Assembly (NCBI GenBank): GCA_031409955.1
Contig: JANNYF010000012.1
Coordinates: forward strand, 25,927-89,926
Origin: Blastocatellia bacterium
GTDB lineage: Bacteria > Acidobacteriota > Blastocatellia > RBC074
Direction of reading: 5' to 3'
DNA: 64,000 nt
In this document: one piece after another, positions 39,199-48,973 of the stretch
Position numbering within the stretch: position 1 is the first letter of the stretch
Layout of the letters: each line of letters opens with the position of its first letter
The notes under the pieces: model-generated
Database searches by the model: none
What the model was told of the DNA's origin: nothing
The model's input: the letters and a program-made list of their open reading frames with translations, nothing else
Position numbers and translations under genes: made by a program

Positions 39199-41478
39199 AT
39201 GCAGAATCCAAACCGACATATTTATTCTTTTGGTCAGTACTCCGTGGATGTTGCCGAGCGCCAATTATTGCGGGCTGGAGAGAGCGTTGCGCTGCCGCCG
39301 AAAGTCTTCGATACGCTGTTGGTGTTGGTGGAAAACTGCGGTCGCATTCTGGAAAAAGATGTGCTGATGAACAAAATCTGGCCCGACAGCTTTGTCGAAG
39401 AAAGCAGCCTGGCACAGTACATTTTTCAATTGCGAAAAGCCCTCGGCGATGACGCGTCAGAGCATCGCTTCATCGAAACAATCCCGAAACGCGGCTATCG
39501 TTTCATCGCGCCCGTGCAAGCAGAACTTGGCACGCCCACCCCACTTTTACACGCGCACGGCAGCGCGGTTGTGACGGCGGAATATTTACCGCAGACGACA
39601 CCGCTTGTTGCTATCGCTATGCCAACGGTTCCCGTGCGGACGAATTTCAGGTCGCCGCTCAAATCTTTCACCGCTGCCCACAGCCCCAGTTCGTCACTGG
39701 TTCCGTTCCAGTCCAAATGGCGGCTCATCAATACTGGTTGGGCGGCGATGATGAGTGTGACAGTGTTGGCTGCGCTGATCGTGGGCGGAATTTGGCTGAC
39801 CAGAAATTACGCCGATGCCCGAATTACACCAACTCCCGTGCAAATTACCAAGCTGACTTCGACCGGGCGCGCCATTGCTCCCGCGATTTCGCCGGATGGC
39901 AAATATGTGATCTACATTGCCGATGATCTGGGCAAACAGAGCCTGTGGATTCGGCAAACCGAAACGCTCAGCAATGTCCAAATCCTGGCCCCCGCCGATG
40001 TGTCGTTTCAGGGGCTGACGTTTTCGCCCGATGGCAATTATTTGTATTACGTCATTTACAAAATGCCCAAGCATATTGGCGTTTTGTATCGCGTGCCGAT
40101 TTTGGGTGGCACGTCACAAAAAGTCCTGGAAGACGTTGATACCGCCATCACCTTCGCGCCCGATGGCCAACGGTTCGCTTTCGTCCGGCAATATCCGGCG
40201 ACGTTGGAAACAGCGGTCGTCATCGCCCAAACCGATGGCAGTAACGAACAAAAATTGGCGACGCGCAAATCGCCCAAAATGTTTGCGATTGATGGGTTGT
40301 CGTGGGCGCCGAATGGAGAGCTGATTGCCGTGGCCAGCAGCAACACCGGAGCCACCGGCCCCAGCATGCAATTGGTCGGCATTCGCGTCAAAGATGGCGG
40401 CGAAGAATGTCTCAGTGCCAAAGCCTGGGGCAATCTGAAACAGGTCGTGTGGCGCAACGATGGGCGCGGCTTGATGGTGATTGGTTGGCAACAGTCCGCC
40501 GCCGTGATGGCCAATCAAATTTGGTACATCCCGTATCCCGACGGCGAACCCCGCCGCGTCACGAATGACCTCATCAATTACAGTGGCTTGAGCCTGGCGG
40601 CAGACACCGGCAAAGTCGTGACTACGCAATCCACCAAGGTTTCGCGGATGTGGCTGGTGCCGGAAAATGATGTCGCACAGGCGACGCAAGCGGCTTCGGT
40701 GGGCATTGATAATTTCAGCGAGAAGTTGGGGCTGAATTGGTTGTCGAATGGGAAGCTGATTTATGGTTCGCGCGCCAGCGGCAATGCCGATCTCTGGTTG
40801 ATGGATGCCGATGGGAACAACCAAAAACAATTGACGGTAGACACCACTTTGGAAGGCCAGCCCACTGTGACTGCCGACGGACGCTACATTGCGTTCTTAT
40901 CGAATCGCGCCGGGACGTACAACATCTGGCGGATGAATGCCGATGGCTCGCACCTACAACGATTGACGAACGGTCCGTGGGAAAATACGCCGAGCTTTTC
41001 GCCCGATGGAAAATGGATCGTCTACAACGGCGTGTTTCAGGAAAAGCCCGTGCTATGGAAGATTCCGGCAGAGGGCGGAACCCCGGTGCGCTTGACGGGC
41101 GATGTTTCGATCCGTCCGGCAGTGTCGCCCGACGGCAAAATGGTGGCGCATTTGCACCTGGATGCGCAATCCCAGCGGATGAAATTGGCGGTGGTTCCGA
41201 TGGAAGGTGCATCGCAAGTCAAAATGTTCGCTACCAGCATTCCCGAACCCCATATCGTGAATTGGAGTCCTGACGGTCGGATGGTCACGTATGTGGACAC
41301 GCACGACGGCGTTTCCAACATTTGGGGACAGCCGTTGGATGGCTCGCCCTCCAAACCGCTGACACATTTCAAGAGCGATAATATTTTCCGCTTTGCCTGG
41401 TCACCGGATGGCAAAAAGCTGGCGTGCGAACGTGGCTTTTATATCAACGATGTCGTGCTGATTAGCAACTTCTCCTGA
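39199..41478 (+). CDS. Winged-helix (OmpR/PhoB-type trans_reg_C) DNA-binding domain fused via a TM segment to a TolB-like (PD40/WD40-like) beta-propeller
   Basis: YSFGQYSVDVAERQLLRAGESVALPPKVFDTLLVLVEN...IWPDSFVEESSLAQYIFQLRKALGD...ETIPKRGYRFIAP, then repeated SPDGK/FSPDG propeller blades. ATG at 39199 is preferred over GTG at 39172. Confidence 0.8.
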   Translation: MQNPNRHIYSFGQYSVDVAERQLLRAGESVALPPKVFDTLLVLVENCGRILEKDVLMNKIWPDSFVEESSLAQYIFQLRKALGDDASEHRFIETIPKRGYRFIAPVQAELGTPTPLLHAHGSAVVTAEYLPQTTPLVAIAMPTVPVRTNFRSPLKSFTAAHSPSSSLVPFQSKWRLINTGWAAMMSVTVLAALIVGGIWLTRNYADARITPTPVQITKLTSTGRAIAPAISPDGKYVIYIADDLGKQSLWIRQTETLSNVQILAPADVSFQGLTFSPDGNYLYYVIYKMPKHIGVLYRVPILGGTSQKVLEDVDTAITFAPDGQRFAFVRQYPATLETAVVIAQTDGSNEQKLATRKSPKMFAIDGLSWAPNGELIAVASSNTGATGPSMQLVGIRVKDGGEECLSAKAWGNLKQVVWRNDGRGLMVIGWQQSAAVMANQIWYIPYPDGEPRRVTNDLINYSGLSLAADTGKVVTTQSTKVSRMWLVPENDVAQATQAASVGIDNFSEKLGLNWLSNGKLIYGSRASGNADLWLMDADGNNQKQLTVDTTLEGQPTVTADGRYIAFLSNRAGTYNIWRMNADGSHLQRLTNGPWENTPSFSPDGKWIVYNGVFQEKPVLWKIPAEGGTPVRLTGDVSIRPAVSPDGKMVAHLHLDAQSQRMKLAVVPMEGASQVKMFATSIPEPHIVNWSPDGRMVTYVDTHDGVSNIWGQPLDGSPSKPLTHFKSDNIFRFAWSPDGKKLACERGFYINDVVLISNFS

Positions 41479-41490
41479 TTGTTTTGAATA

Positions 41491-41579
41491 GGGATGGGGG
41501 ATGGGAGACATGTTTTTCTCCCATCCCCCATCTCTCATCCCCAATCCCCAATCCCCAATCCCCAATCCCCAATCTCCAA
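41491..41579. repeat. Family E: hairpin (gggatgggggatgggaga / tctcccatcccccatctc) plus (CCCCAAT)x5 tandem repeat
   Basis: Seen directly, immediately after the regulator stop codon. Confidence 0.5.
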
Positions 41580-41748
41580 TGCAGACTTAATGCAGTACGC
41601 TTGCTCCTAACCCCTCTTCAGAACTTCATAATCATTCCTTAACGCAAACTACAGGACATTAACGCCGCGCTTTTTATACCTTGCCGCCAGTCAAGTTGGA
41701 GGACCCGAACAATTGCCCCATCCTGGGCACTTTTCCTGGAGGTACGTT

Positions 41749-42606
41749 ATGAAAAGAGCTGCTGAAATTTTGTTGGTAGTTGGTCTGTTGCTGAGTCCGC
41801 TGCTGGTTTTACGGGCGGAAGTGAATGCTCAAAGCGATCCACTCACGTATCGCGGGGGAATGCGCCATAGCACGGGGAAACACCGGTTGAAGGAAAAACA
41901 ACTGAAACAAGTCTTGGAAGGATTGGCGGAGAAAACAGGATTTCAAGAAATCGGATTTGATGGAGATGGCTTTTTGACTTTGGGGGATCGAAGGAACTTC
42001 GTCGCCGGATCAGCCACCGCCAGAGATTTGTTAATGGATGCGGTGGATTCCCCTTCCCAATTGCATTTAGAAAATCATTCGTATTCCGCGCAAGTCGTGT
42101 TTGCCAATTTGGGCAAGAGTACGCTCTTTTACAATATGCGGACGAAAGCGCAAATCGAACATCAGCCGATGCGCCTTGATTTCTCGGATTTCGGCAAGCT
42201 GATCGGGCCGAAAGAAGTGCTGGCTTCGTTCGATCTGGGGATGACGATTTTGCATGAATTGGTGCATGGCGTGCGCCAGCTCCACGATTCAGTGAACGAA
42301 TGGGAAGAGGTCGGCGACTGCGAGCGATATGTGAACAGGATGCGCAAAGAACTAAGCTTGCCCGAACGCCAACAATATATTGCCCGCAGCCACACCGTTC
42401 TTTCGCCGCTGGGCTGGACAGTGAAGATGGCGGAACTGCAATTTGCCCGCACCGATTTTCGCAACGGCAAACTGAAAACCGACGAATACAAATTAAGCTG
42501 GGACGTCAATCGGGTGGGCGTGGGCGATCAAGAGAGCGTCAATGTCACGCTGAAAGCCATCACGTCGAAGAAACCCGAACAGAAATCTACAGCGGCTGTT
42601 CATTGA
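41749..42606 (+). CDS. Secreted hypothetical protein with HExxH zinc-metallopeptidase-like motif
   Basis: RBS ggaggt. Signal peptide MKRAAEILLVVGLLLSPLLVLRA. ILHELVHGV motif. No further family recognised. Confidence 0.55.
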   Translation: MKRAAEILLVVGLLLSPLLVLRAEVNAQSDPLTYRGGMRHSTGKHRLKEKQLKQVLEGLAEKTGFQEIGFDGDGFLTLGDRRNFVAGSATARDLLMDAVDSPSQLHLENHSYSAQVVFANLGKSTLFYNMRTKAQIEHQPMRLDFSDFGKLIGPKEVLASFDLGMTILHELVHGVRQLHDSVNEWEEVGDCERYVNRMRKELSLPERQQYIARSHTVLSPLGWTVKMAELQFARTDFRNGKLKTDEYKLSWDVNRVGVGDQESVNVTLKAITSKKPEQKSTAAVH

Positions 42607-42694
42607 CTGGTGATGGAGATCGTGCAGCGTGTTATTACCAAAGTTGAAAACTGCGGCTTGGAAAACTGCGGCTACAATTCGAGTTCCTAACCTG

Positions 42695-44794
42695 TTACTG
42701 CTCGCGTCTGAACGTATAGCGCAGCAAGACAATATGATTTAGTGAAGAATGGCCGGAGGATTTGGAGGCGATATATTCAACCAGCAGGTTGGGGCGCAAC
42801 CGCCAGCCAATCCCGACATCGGTGAAATTGTCGATAAACCGTTCTTGCGTGCGACCATTCGGAACGAATTTGCCATAGCTATTGAGCAGCCGGCCAAACC
42901 GATCTGGAAACAGGTTCTCATCCGTCGTGCGTCGTTGCCAACTCGTCAGCGATGAGACGCTGATGAACATCTGCCGCCAGACATCCGTTTGCGCCGCCAT
43001 GTGCAAAGACGTGAAGCGCAGCCGCTGTTGTTTGTCTTCGATCTGATTGCCTGTTGCATCTTCAAACAACCGATCATGAATGTGGATTGATCCGATTGCG
43101 ACATCCACCCCAAACACCGTGCGCGGGCGTAGCGCGTAGCCGAGACCGCCGCTGATGGCAGTGCGGTGAATGTGTTCACGTTCGTTGGCATTCACGATGG
43201 AAAAGCGGCGGAGTTGTTCGGTCAAGCCGACGTGCAACCACGAAGCATCTACGCCATAAAACAATTTGCGCGTGACCAGTCCGCGCAATCGCAGTCCCAC
43301 TTCTTTTGTCTGCGCGCTAAACCGCACGGCATCCGGTGGCAGCGCCGAACCATTGAACCGGCGGGCTTGGTCTCGATCTTCGGCGCGTGTCACGCCGTGG
43401 CGGTAGAAAACGCCAAGCTTCTGGCTTGTGCCAAATTCGCGCGTGAGGCCGAAACGAAGGCGAGAGCGTTCGACCCAGGCGCGCGCTGTTAACTCTTCAA
43501 TAGATTTTGCTCCCAGCACATTCGTCAACGTCGTCAGACTTTGCAGGTTACTCACGCCGCTGGTGTGATCTACGCTAATGCCGACGCTGGTGCGACCGCT
43601 TTTGCCAAACTGCCGCGCAGCTAAGAGCGACGCCGAAAAGTTCGTTACGTCGGTACTCGCCGCGCCCGTGCTGACGCCCGGAATGCCGGTGGGATAGGCG
43701 GGCGTGACTGCGCCGGTAATCGGCGCGCTCAAAAATGTGCCGAGCGTGCTGTGCGCAGCGCCAACGCTCCCGCCCAATACCGTGCGCTTTTCTGCATTCG
43801 TGCGAAGCGGGGTGAAGAAGGTGGTTTGAAACAGCAACCCGCTGTCATTCGGAGCCGTGAGGTCAGAGCCAAAGACCAGCGAATTCTCGGCCTTCATATT
43901 GGCTTTGCTCCACGAGGGCAGGAGCGAAAAGCGCCCTTCCCTCTGACGAAACTCGGTGGCATACGCGGGGTTTTCGAGGCTGTCAAAATGCGAATCGGGA
44001 AACGCCAGGAAGCGCAAGAAGGGCGGGCTTTCGCCCGGTTCAACGACGCTGTCAATGTAGCGTTCGTAATCGCCCGCCAGATTGCGCCGCACATCGTTGG
44101 GCGTGTTCGCACTGCTCACGCCGTTCGCTCCGGCAGCATTGCTGTTGCGATGGCTCTCATCGCGGCTGCCACTGGGGCTGCGATCTCCGATTTCGCTGCC
44201 CGGCCCCGTCACGAAAAAGCGAATATCACCAGTGAGGGGAACGATCAAACCGCGTCCCGGTTGCACCATTGCTCGTTGCGCATTCGCCACGCTCACGACT
44301 TCGACTAAACCTTCATACACGATCACCTCCGTCTCACTCGTTGCCTCGACCGCAACGCTGAATTCTGTTCCCCGCACAAGAATAGAAGCCGAAGGACTAT
44401 TGACGCGATACGGATTCGGTTTGTTGCCGTAATGGTTGATTTTGACGCGGACGCGTCCCACCAGAACTTGCAATAATTCCCGCAGCGTGGGGGCATTCAG
44501 ATAATCCCGAATCACGATGCGGGAGTTCGGCTGCACCGTCACCACGCTGCCGTCGCTCAACTGAATCACGAGGCGCCCGTTGCCGGTCGTGATTTCGTCA
44601 CCCGGTTGCAGCACATCGCCTTTCGCTAAAGAAAAACTGCGTTGCTGGCTGAAGCGCAGCGCGCCGCCGCTCGTGCTGGCAATGCGCGCTTCGACCGCTT
44701 GTGCCTGCACGGAGAGGCAACCGAAGGGCGGAGCGGCGCAGCAAAGCACCGCCATCAGCATTCGTCTCAGCCAGCGCAGATCAGCACTCGTCAT
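42695..44794 (-). CDS. FecR-domain protein with C-terminal outer-membrane beta-barrel-like region
   Basis: Signal peptide. FecR-like fold ([37 protein letters not shown]...VRGTEFSV). Long beta-strand-rich C-terminus ending in an aromatic residue. ATGA overlap with the upstream response-regulator gene. Confidence 0.65.
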   Translation of the reverse strand: MTSADLRWLRRMLMAVLCCAAPPFGCLSVQAQAVEARIASTSGGALRFSQQRSFSLAKGDVLQPGDEITTGNGRLVIQLSDGSVVTVQPNSRIVIRDYLNAPTLRELLQVLVGRVRVKINHYGNKPNPYRVNSPSASILVRGTEFSVAVEATSETEVIVYEGLVEVVSVANAQRAMVQPGRGLIVPLTGDIRFFVTGPGSEIGDRSPSGSRDESHRNSNAAGANGVSSANTPNDVRRNLAGDYERYIDSVVEPGESPPFLRFLAFPDSHFDSLENPAYATEFRQREGRFSLLPSWSKANMKAENSLVFGSDLTAPNDSGLLFQTTFFTPLRTNAEKRTVLGGSVGAAHSTLGTFLSAPITGAVTPAYPTGIPGVSTGAASTDVTNFSASLLAARQFGKSGRTSVGISVDHTSGVSNLQSLTTLTNVLGAKSIEELTARAWVERSRLRFGLTREFGTSQKLGVFYRHGVTRAEDRDQARRFNGSALPPDAVRFSAQTKEVGLRLRGLVTRKLFYGVDASWLHVGLTEQLRRFSIVNANEREHIHRTAISGGLGYALRPRTVFGVDVAIGSIHIHDRLFEDATGNQIEDKQQRLRFTSLHMAAQTDVWRQMFISVSSLTSWQRRTTDENLFPDRFGRLLNSYGKFVPNGRTQERFIDNFTDVGIGWRLRPNLLVEYIASKSSGHSSLNHIVLLRYTFRREQ

Positions 44795-46229
44795 TCCTCG
44801 TCCTCCCCATTCTCAACGAAGTCAAAGCCCTCGCCTTCCGGTTCCACCATTTGATTGAGATTATGCCGCGCGATCAGGCGCTGCACAGTGCGCCGATTCA
44901 AGCCCAGCAACGTCGCCGCGTGCTGGCGATTGCCTGCGGTGTGCGTCAACGCGGCTACCAAATACCGTCGTTGTAATTCTTCCATCGTGGGCCAATCCGC
45001 AGCCAGTTGCCGCAATGCCTCCGCCGGGGCTGCTGTCTGAACCGGACTGATATGAGACGGCAAGCACAGCGGCGTAATCATCCCATCTGTAGTCAGCGCC
45101 GCCGCTCGTGTCAGCGCGTTTTCCAATTCCCGCACGTTGCCGGGGAATGACCATTGACACAGCAAATCCAGTGCATCGCGGGAAATATGCAAAGGTTTGG
45201 TTTCGCGGCTCAGGCGGTGCAGAAAAAATTGCACCAGCAGTTCGACATCGCCCGTGCGTTCGCGTAGCGGTGGCAGGTGGATCGTCAAAACGCTTAGGCG
45301 GTAATACAGATCAGCACGGAACGATTTCTGTTCCGCCAACTCGCGCATATCCTGATTGCTTGCGCCGATCACGCGCACATTTACGCGGCGTGTCTGCGTC
45401 GCGCCGACGCGTCGCACTTCGCCCGATTGCAGCACGCGTAACAAACTCGCCTGAAAAGACGAACTGGTCGAGGCGAGTTCATCCAGAAACAATGTCCCAC
45501 CGTCTGCCGCTTCAAATAGGCCGATGCGATCCGTGTTCGCGCCTGTGAACGCGCCGCGCATGTGGCCGAATAATTCTGCTTCCAACAGCGTGTCGGTTAA
45601 GCCTGAACAATTGACGGCGATGAAAGGCTTTTGTTTACGTGGGCTGAAATCGTGGATGGCGCGGGCGGTGACTTCTTTGCCCGTGCCGGATTCGCCGGTA
45701 ATTAAACGGTCGCATCCGTGCGCGCGGCCTGTGCTACTAATTTGTAGACCTGCACCATTGCCGCGCTACGCCCCACAAAACCACTGCGCGCGGAATCGGG
45801 CTGTGCATCTGGCGACGGTTGTGCATCCACTTCTTGCTGCGCATTTATGTAGCGGTGCAATAATGTGGTCAAGGCTTCGACTTCAAAGGGTTTGGCAATG
45901 AAATCGGTGGCACCTTCGCCCACCGATTGGACGGCCAAATCTACGGAGCCTTGCGCGGTCATCAAAATAACGGGGATGTCGCTGGAGAGTTGGCGCAGTT
46001 CTTGCAACAACGTTAGCCCATCGCCATCCGGCATATAGACATCCGTGATGATGCCATCGAACTTGATCGTTTGTGCGATTGCTAAGGCTTCGCGTCCGCT
46101 CCGTGCGCAAGTGATCTGAAACCCGCTCAGGGTGAGGCTGGTTTCCAGCATCAGCCGAATGAGCCGATCATCGTCTACGACCAGAATGTGCAGTTGTTTC
46201 TTGGACATGGTTATGAGTATCTGATTCAT
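44791..46229 (-). pseudogene. Sigma-54-dependent response regulator (NtrC family: REC + AAA+ sigma54-activator + Fis-HTH) interrupted by a single-nucleotide frameshift
   Basis: REC domain (ILVVDDD...DGIITDVYMPDGDG...) runs into ...AARTDATV then a TAA at 45702-45704. The -1 frame continues [35 protein letters not shown]...[15 protein letters not shown]...HTH in frame with ORF 44791-45585. One missing T in a T-run (GTTTAATT vs GTTTTAATT) would restore the frame. Confidence 0.7.
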
Positions 46230-46344
46230 TATAGCGGGCGAAGATGAACGCTGAATTAACCCGATTCACCGCAACTTTTGAGATCAAGAGCGGAGCGGCA
46301 TTCTCGGTCAATCGAGAGCTTCCATCTCACACAACCCCTCACGT

Positions 46345-48789
46345 TCACCCAGCATTTTGTTGCTCGTTGTTGAGTGGGAGCCGGAGCGTAAACGTTGATC
46401 CGACCCCGGTCACACTTTCGATAATGACGCGCCCGCCGTGTAATTCGGCGACTTCGCGCACCAATGCCAAACCCCGTCCTGTCCCCGGCGTATCAGCATC
46501 TTCAATGCGTGGGACGCGGAAGAATTTTTCAAAGACCCGCGTGCGATAATTCGGCGGAATGCCGTAGCCCTGATCTCTGACCGAAAGCAAAATCGTCTCG
46601 CCTTCGATTTTCGCCGTGACGGAAATTTCAGTTTTTTCCGGGCTATACTTGATGGCATTCGAGGCCAGATTCGTCACGGCGCGTGCGAGCAAATCTGCGT
46701 CTGCCAGCAGCGGCGGAAGATTCGGTGCAAAGTCGCGTGTCATCGTGATGCGTTTGTGCTGTGCGATAGGGTCAAGCAACAAAAGCGTTTTTTCGATCAG
46801 GGTTTCCAATCGCACGTAGTCCATTTTGAGCGCGCGTGCACCCGATTCCAGCCGCATCAAATCCAGATACTCATCAATCATGCGGCGCAATCGTTGCGTG
46901 GCTTCCTGAATCGCTTCGTGCATTTCGCGGCGTTTTTCTGGCGCGGGATCGAACTTCATTAGCACTTCGCTCATGCCTTGAATCGCGGTCAGCGGCGTTT
47001 TCATTTCGTGCGTCACCAACAGCATTACATCGGTTTGCATTTGCTGTAACTCACGCTGTTTCGTGATGTCTGACAGCGAGACAACAATGCCTGTTGGGGC
47101 TTCGTCCGGCTGGCGAATCGCGGCCATTCGTAAGAGGAAATGACGCGGTTGCGGCGTTGCAATCGTGAATTCACGCTCAATGCTCGCCCGCTCTTCAAAC
47201 AAGCGCCAAAGCGTCCCTTTTTGAAGCTGCATCACTTGTAATTCATCCGGTTGTAGTTGCCCTGTTTCCGCGACCGTCAAGCGCGCGAATAAATTGCTCC
47301 CTGCTAAATAGTGCTCCGACGTATTGAAAATGTTAGCGGCGCGCGGATTCGCGTAGACGATGATTCCGTTCGCATCCGTCATCAGCAAGCCGTCTTCTAC
47401 CGATTGGAGCGCCTGATCTACAAATTGTGTGCGCGCCATCAATCGCGTTTGCAACTCAGCCAAGGCGCGGGATTTGTCTTCGAGACGGCGCGGCAATTGT
47501 AACCGCGTCGAGGAATCAGTTTTGAGTTTGAAAGGGGAAAGTCGTGCGCTTTGTTGAATCAGCTCGCCGATGCGTTGATCCAACTGCGTGCTGGCGGACA
47601 ATGTGCGGTGGAGTAACGTCAAAGGCGTCGCAATGACCAATGAAATCAGGGCTGGAACCAGTGGCAGCACAATCAACCAGCGCGTGAAAACAAAATAGGA
47701 TGCCAATAAAATCAGCGCGGCGAGGAAGATCACCACGCCAAGTTGTTTGAGGATTTCCCAACGCCCCTGCGCCAGTCGTAACCCGCCGACCACCGCCGCC
47801 GCAATTAGCGCCGCAAACAGCGCGGCAAACCCATCGGAGGAAGGCTGATAAAATCGTTGTTGCAAAATCGTCGTGACTGCATTCGCTAACACTTCAACGC
47901 CGGGCATCAGCGTTCCATGCTGATTGCCGTCATCTGTCGCAAAGCGCACAAAAGGTGAAGCAACGCGATCTCCCATTGCCGCCGCTGTTGCGCCAATCAA
48001 TACATACTTGCCCTGCAATTTTTCCGGCGTAACGTTTCCGTCAATGACATCTGCGATGCTGTAGGTATGTGCGGCGAAAGTACCAGCCGGGCCGCGATAA
48101 TCAATCGTCATGCGGGCGGCGCGGATGCGTTCGGTCATTTGTTCAGATGAAGCAATAGCAAGGGTCGGCGCTTCAAACGTGACCGGAATTGTGCGGGAGC
48201 CAATGTTGACAGACTCCGGCAGTTCGCGGACTTCATTGCGCGGCGTGCCTTGACCAACGCGCACCATCTCAACCGCCAGCGCCCAAAACGATTGCCCTTC
48301 GTCATCCGTTGCGCGCAAGCCCAACCCGCGCGCGACGCCATCGTAATCGGTCAAGACATTGCCGTGTCCCACTCCGGCGGCAGCTTGCTCGATAGCAAGT
48401 AAGGGACGCGCCCATTCCGCACCTTGCCCTGCTGTCTCGACCAACTGCGCCGTCACCACCACCTTGCCTGCGCGTTTGATGGCAGCAGCTAACGCGGCAT
48501 CATCGGCTTCGTTGGTGGGATCACTGTAGAGGACACTTAGTGTGACGGCTTTTGGTTGCGTGGCGGCAATGCGATCCAATGCCTGCGCCATGATCTGACG
48601 CGACCAGGGGAAGCGTCCGAAGCGTTTGATGCTGGGTTCATCAATCGCCACCAGCACAACTTCATCCGGGGCTGACAATTGGCCCCGCGCCCGCACCAGA
48701 CTATCCTGTGCCAATAAATTCAGGCCGGGCAACCGCCACGACCCAGCATTGCCAGGATCGTGGCCAGCACGATGATGACAAGTCCCCAA
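46345..48789 (-). CDS. CHASE2-domain sensor histidine kinase (CHASE2, TM segments, PAS, HisKA, HATPase_c); N-terminal TM helix encoded in a different frame (48720-48827)
   Basis: CHASE2 region (LNLLAQDSLVRARGQ...VVLVAIDE), TM cluster, PAS-like region, HEMKTPLTAI H-box, and GTGRGLALVREVAELHGGRVIIESVTGVGSTFTL G-boxes. An upstream ATG at 48827 encodes MSNSPLHLRQPRFWGLVIIVLATILAMLG (the expected leader TM helix) but stops after 35 codons, out of frame with the main ORF. Confidence 0.75.
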   Translation of the reverse strand: MGTCHHRAGHDPGNAGSWRLPGLNLLAQDSLVRARGQLSAPDEVVLVAIDEPSIKRFGRFPWSRQIMAQALDRIAATQPKAVTLSVLYSDPTNEADDAALAAAIKRAGKVVVTAQLVETAGQGAEWARPLLAIEQAAAGVGHGNVLTDYDGVARGLGLRATDDEGQSFWALAVEMVRVGQGTPRNEVRELPESVNIGSRTIPVTFEAPTLAIASSEQMTERIRAARMTIDYRGPAGTFAAHTYSIADVIDGNVTPEKLQGKYVLIGATAAAMGDRVASPFVRFATDDGNQHGTLMPGVEVLANAVTTILQQRFYQPSSDGFAALFAALIAAAVVGGLRLAQGRWEILKQLGVVIFLAALILLASYFVFTRWLIVLPLVPALISLVIATPLTLLHRTLSASTQLDQRIGELIQQSARLSPFKLKTDSSTRLQLPRRLEDKSRALAELQTRLMARTQFVDQALQSVEDGLLMTDANGIIVYANPRAANIFNTSEHYLAGSNLFARLTVAETGQLQPDELQVMQLQKGTLWRLFEERASIEREFTIATPQPRHFLLRMAAIRQPDEAPTGIVVSLSDITKQRELQQMQTDVMLLVTHEMKTPLTAIQGMSEVLMKFDPAPEKRREMHEAIQEATQRLRRMIDEYLDLMRLESGARALKMDYVRLETLIEKTLLLLDPIAQHKRITMTRDFAPNLPPLLADADLLARAVTNLASNAIKYSPEKTEISVTAKIEGETILLSVRDQGYGIPPNYRTRVFEKFFRVPRIEDADTPGTGRGLALVREVAELHGGRVIIESVTGVGSTFTLRLPLNNEQQNAG

Positions 48790-48973
48790 AATCTGGGCTG
48801 GCGAAGATGTAACGGAGAATTACTCATTTACAAATCAATTTTGTCAGGGCAAAACGGCAATTGTATCCAAGTGTCATCGAATAACAATCACGGGTGAGGC
48901 ACTTCCCCTGATGGTGCCTCGCCCTTTTCGTAGAAGCCGATTGCGGGGGAGCCACAATCGCTTCTACAAACTG

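Noticed and set aside
40114-41212. Minus-strand ORFs of 238 and 165 aa
   Set aside because: Antisense to the winged-helix/TolB regulator gene.
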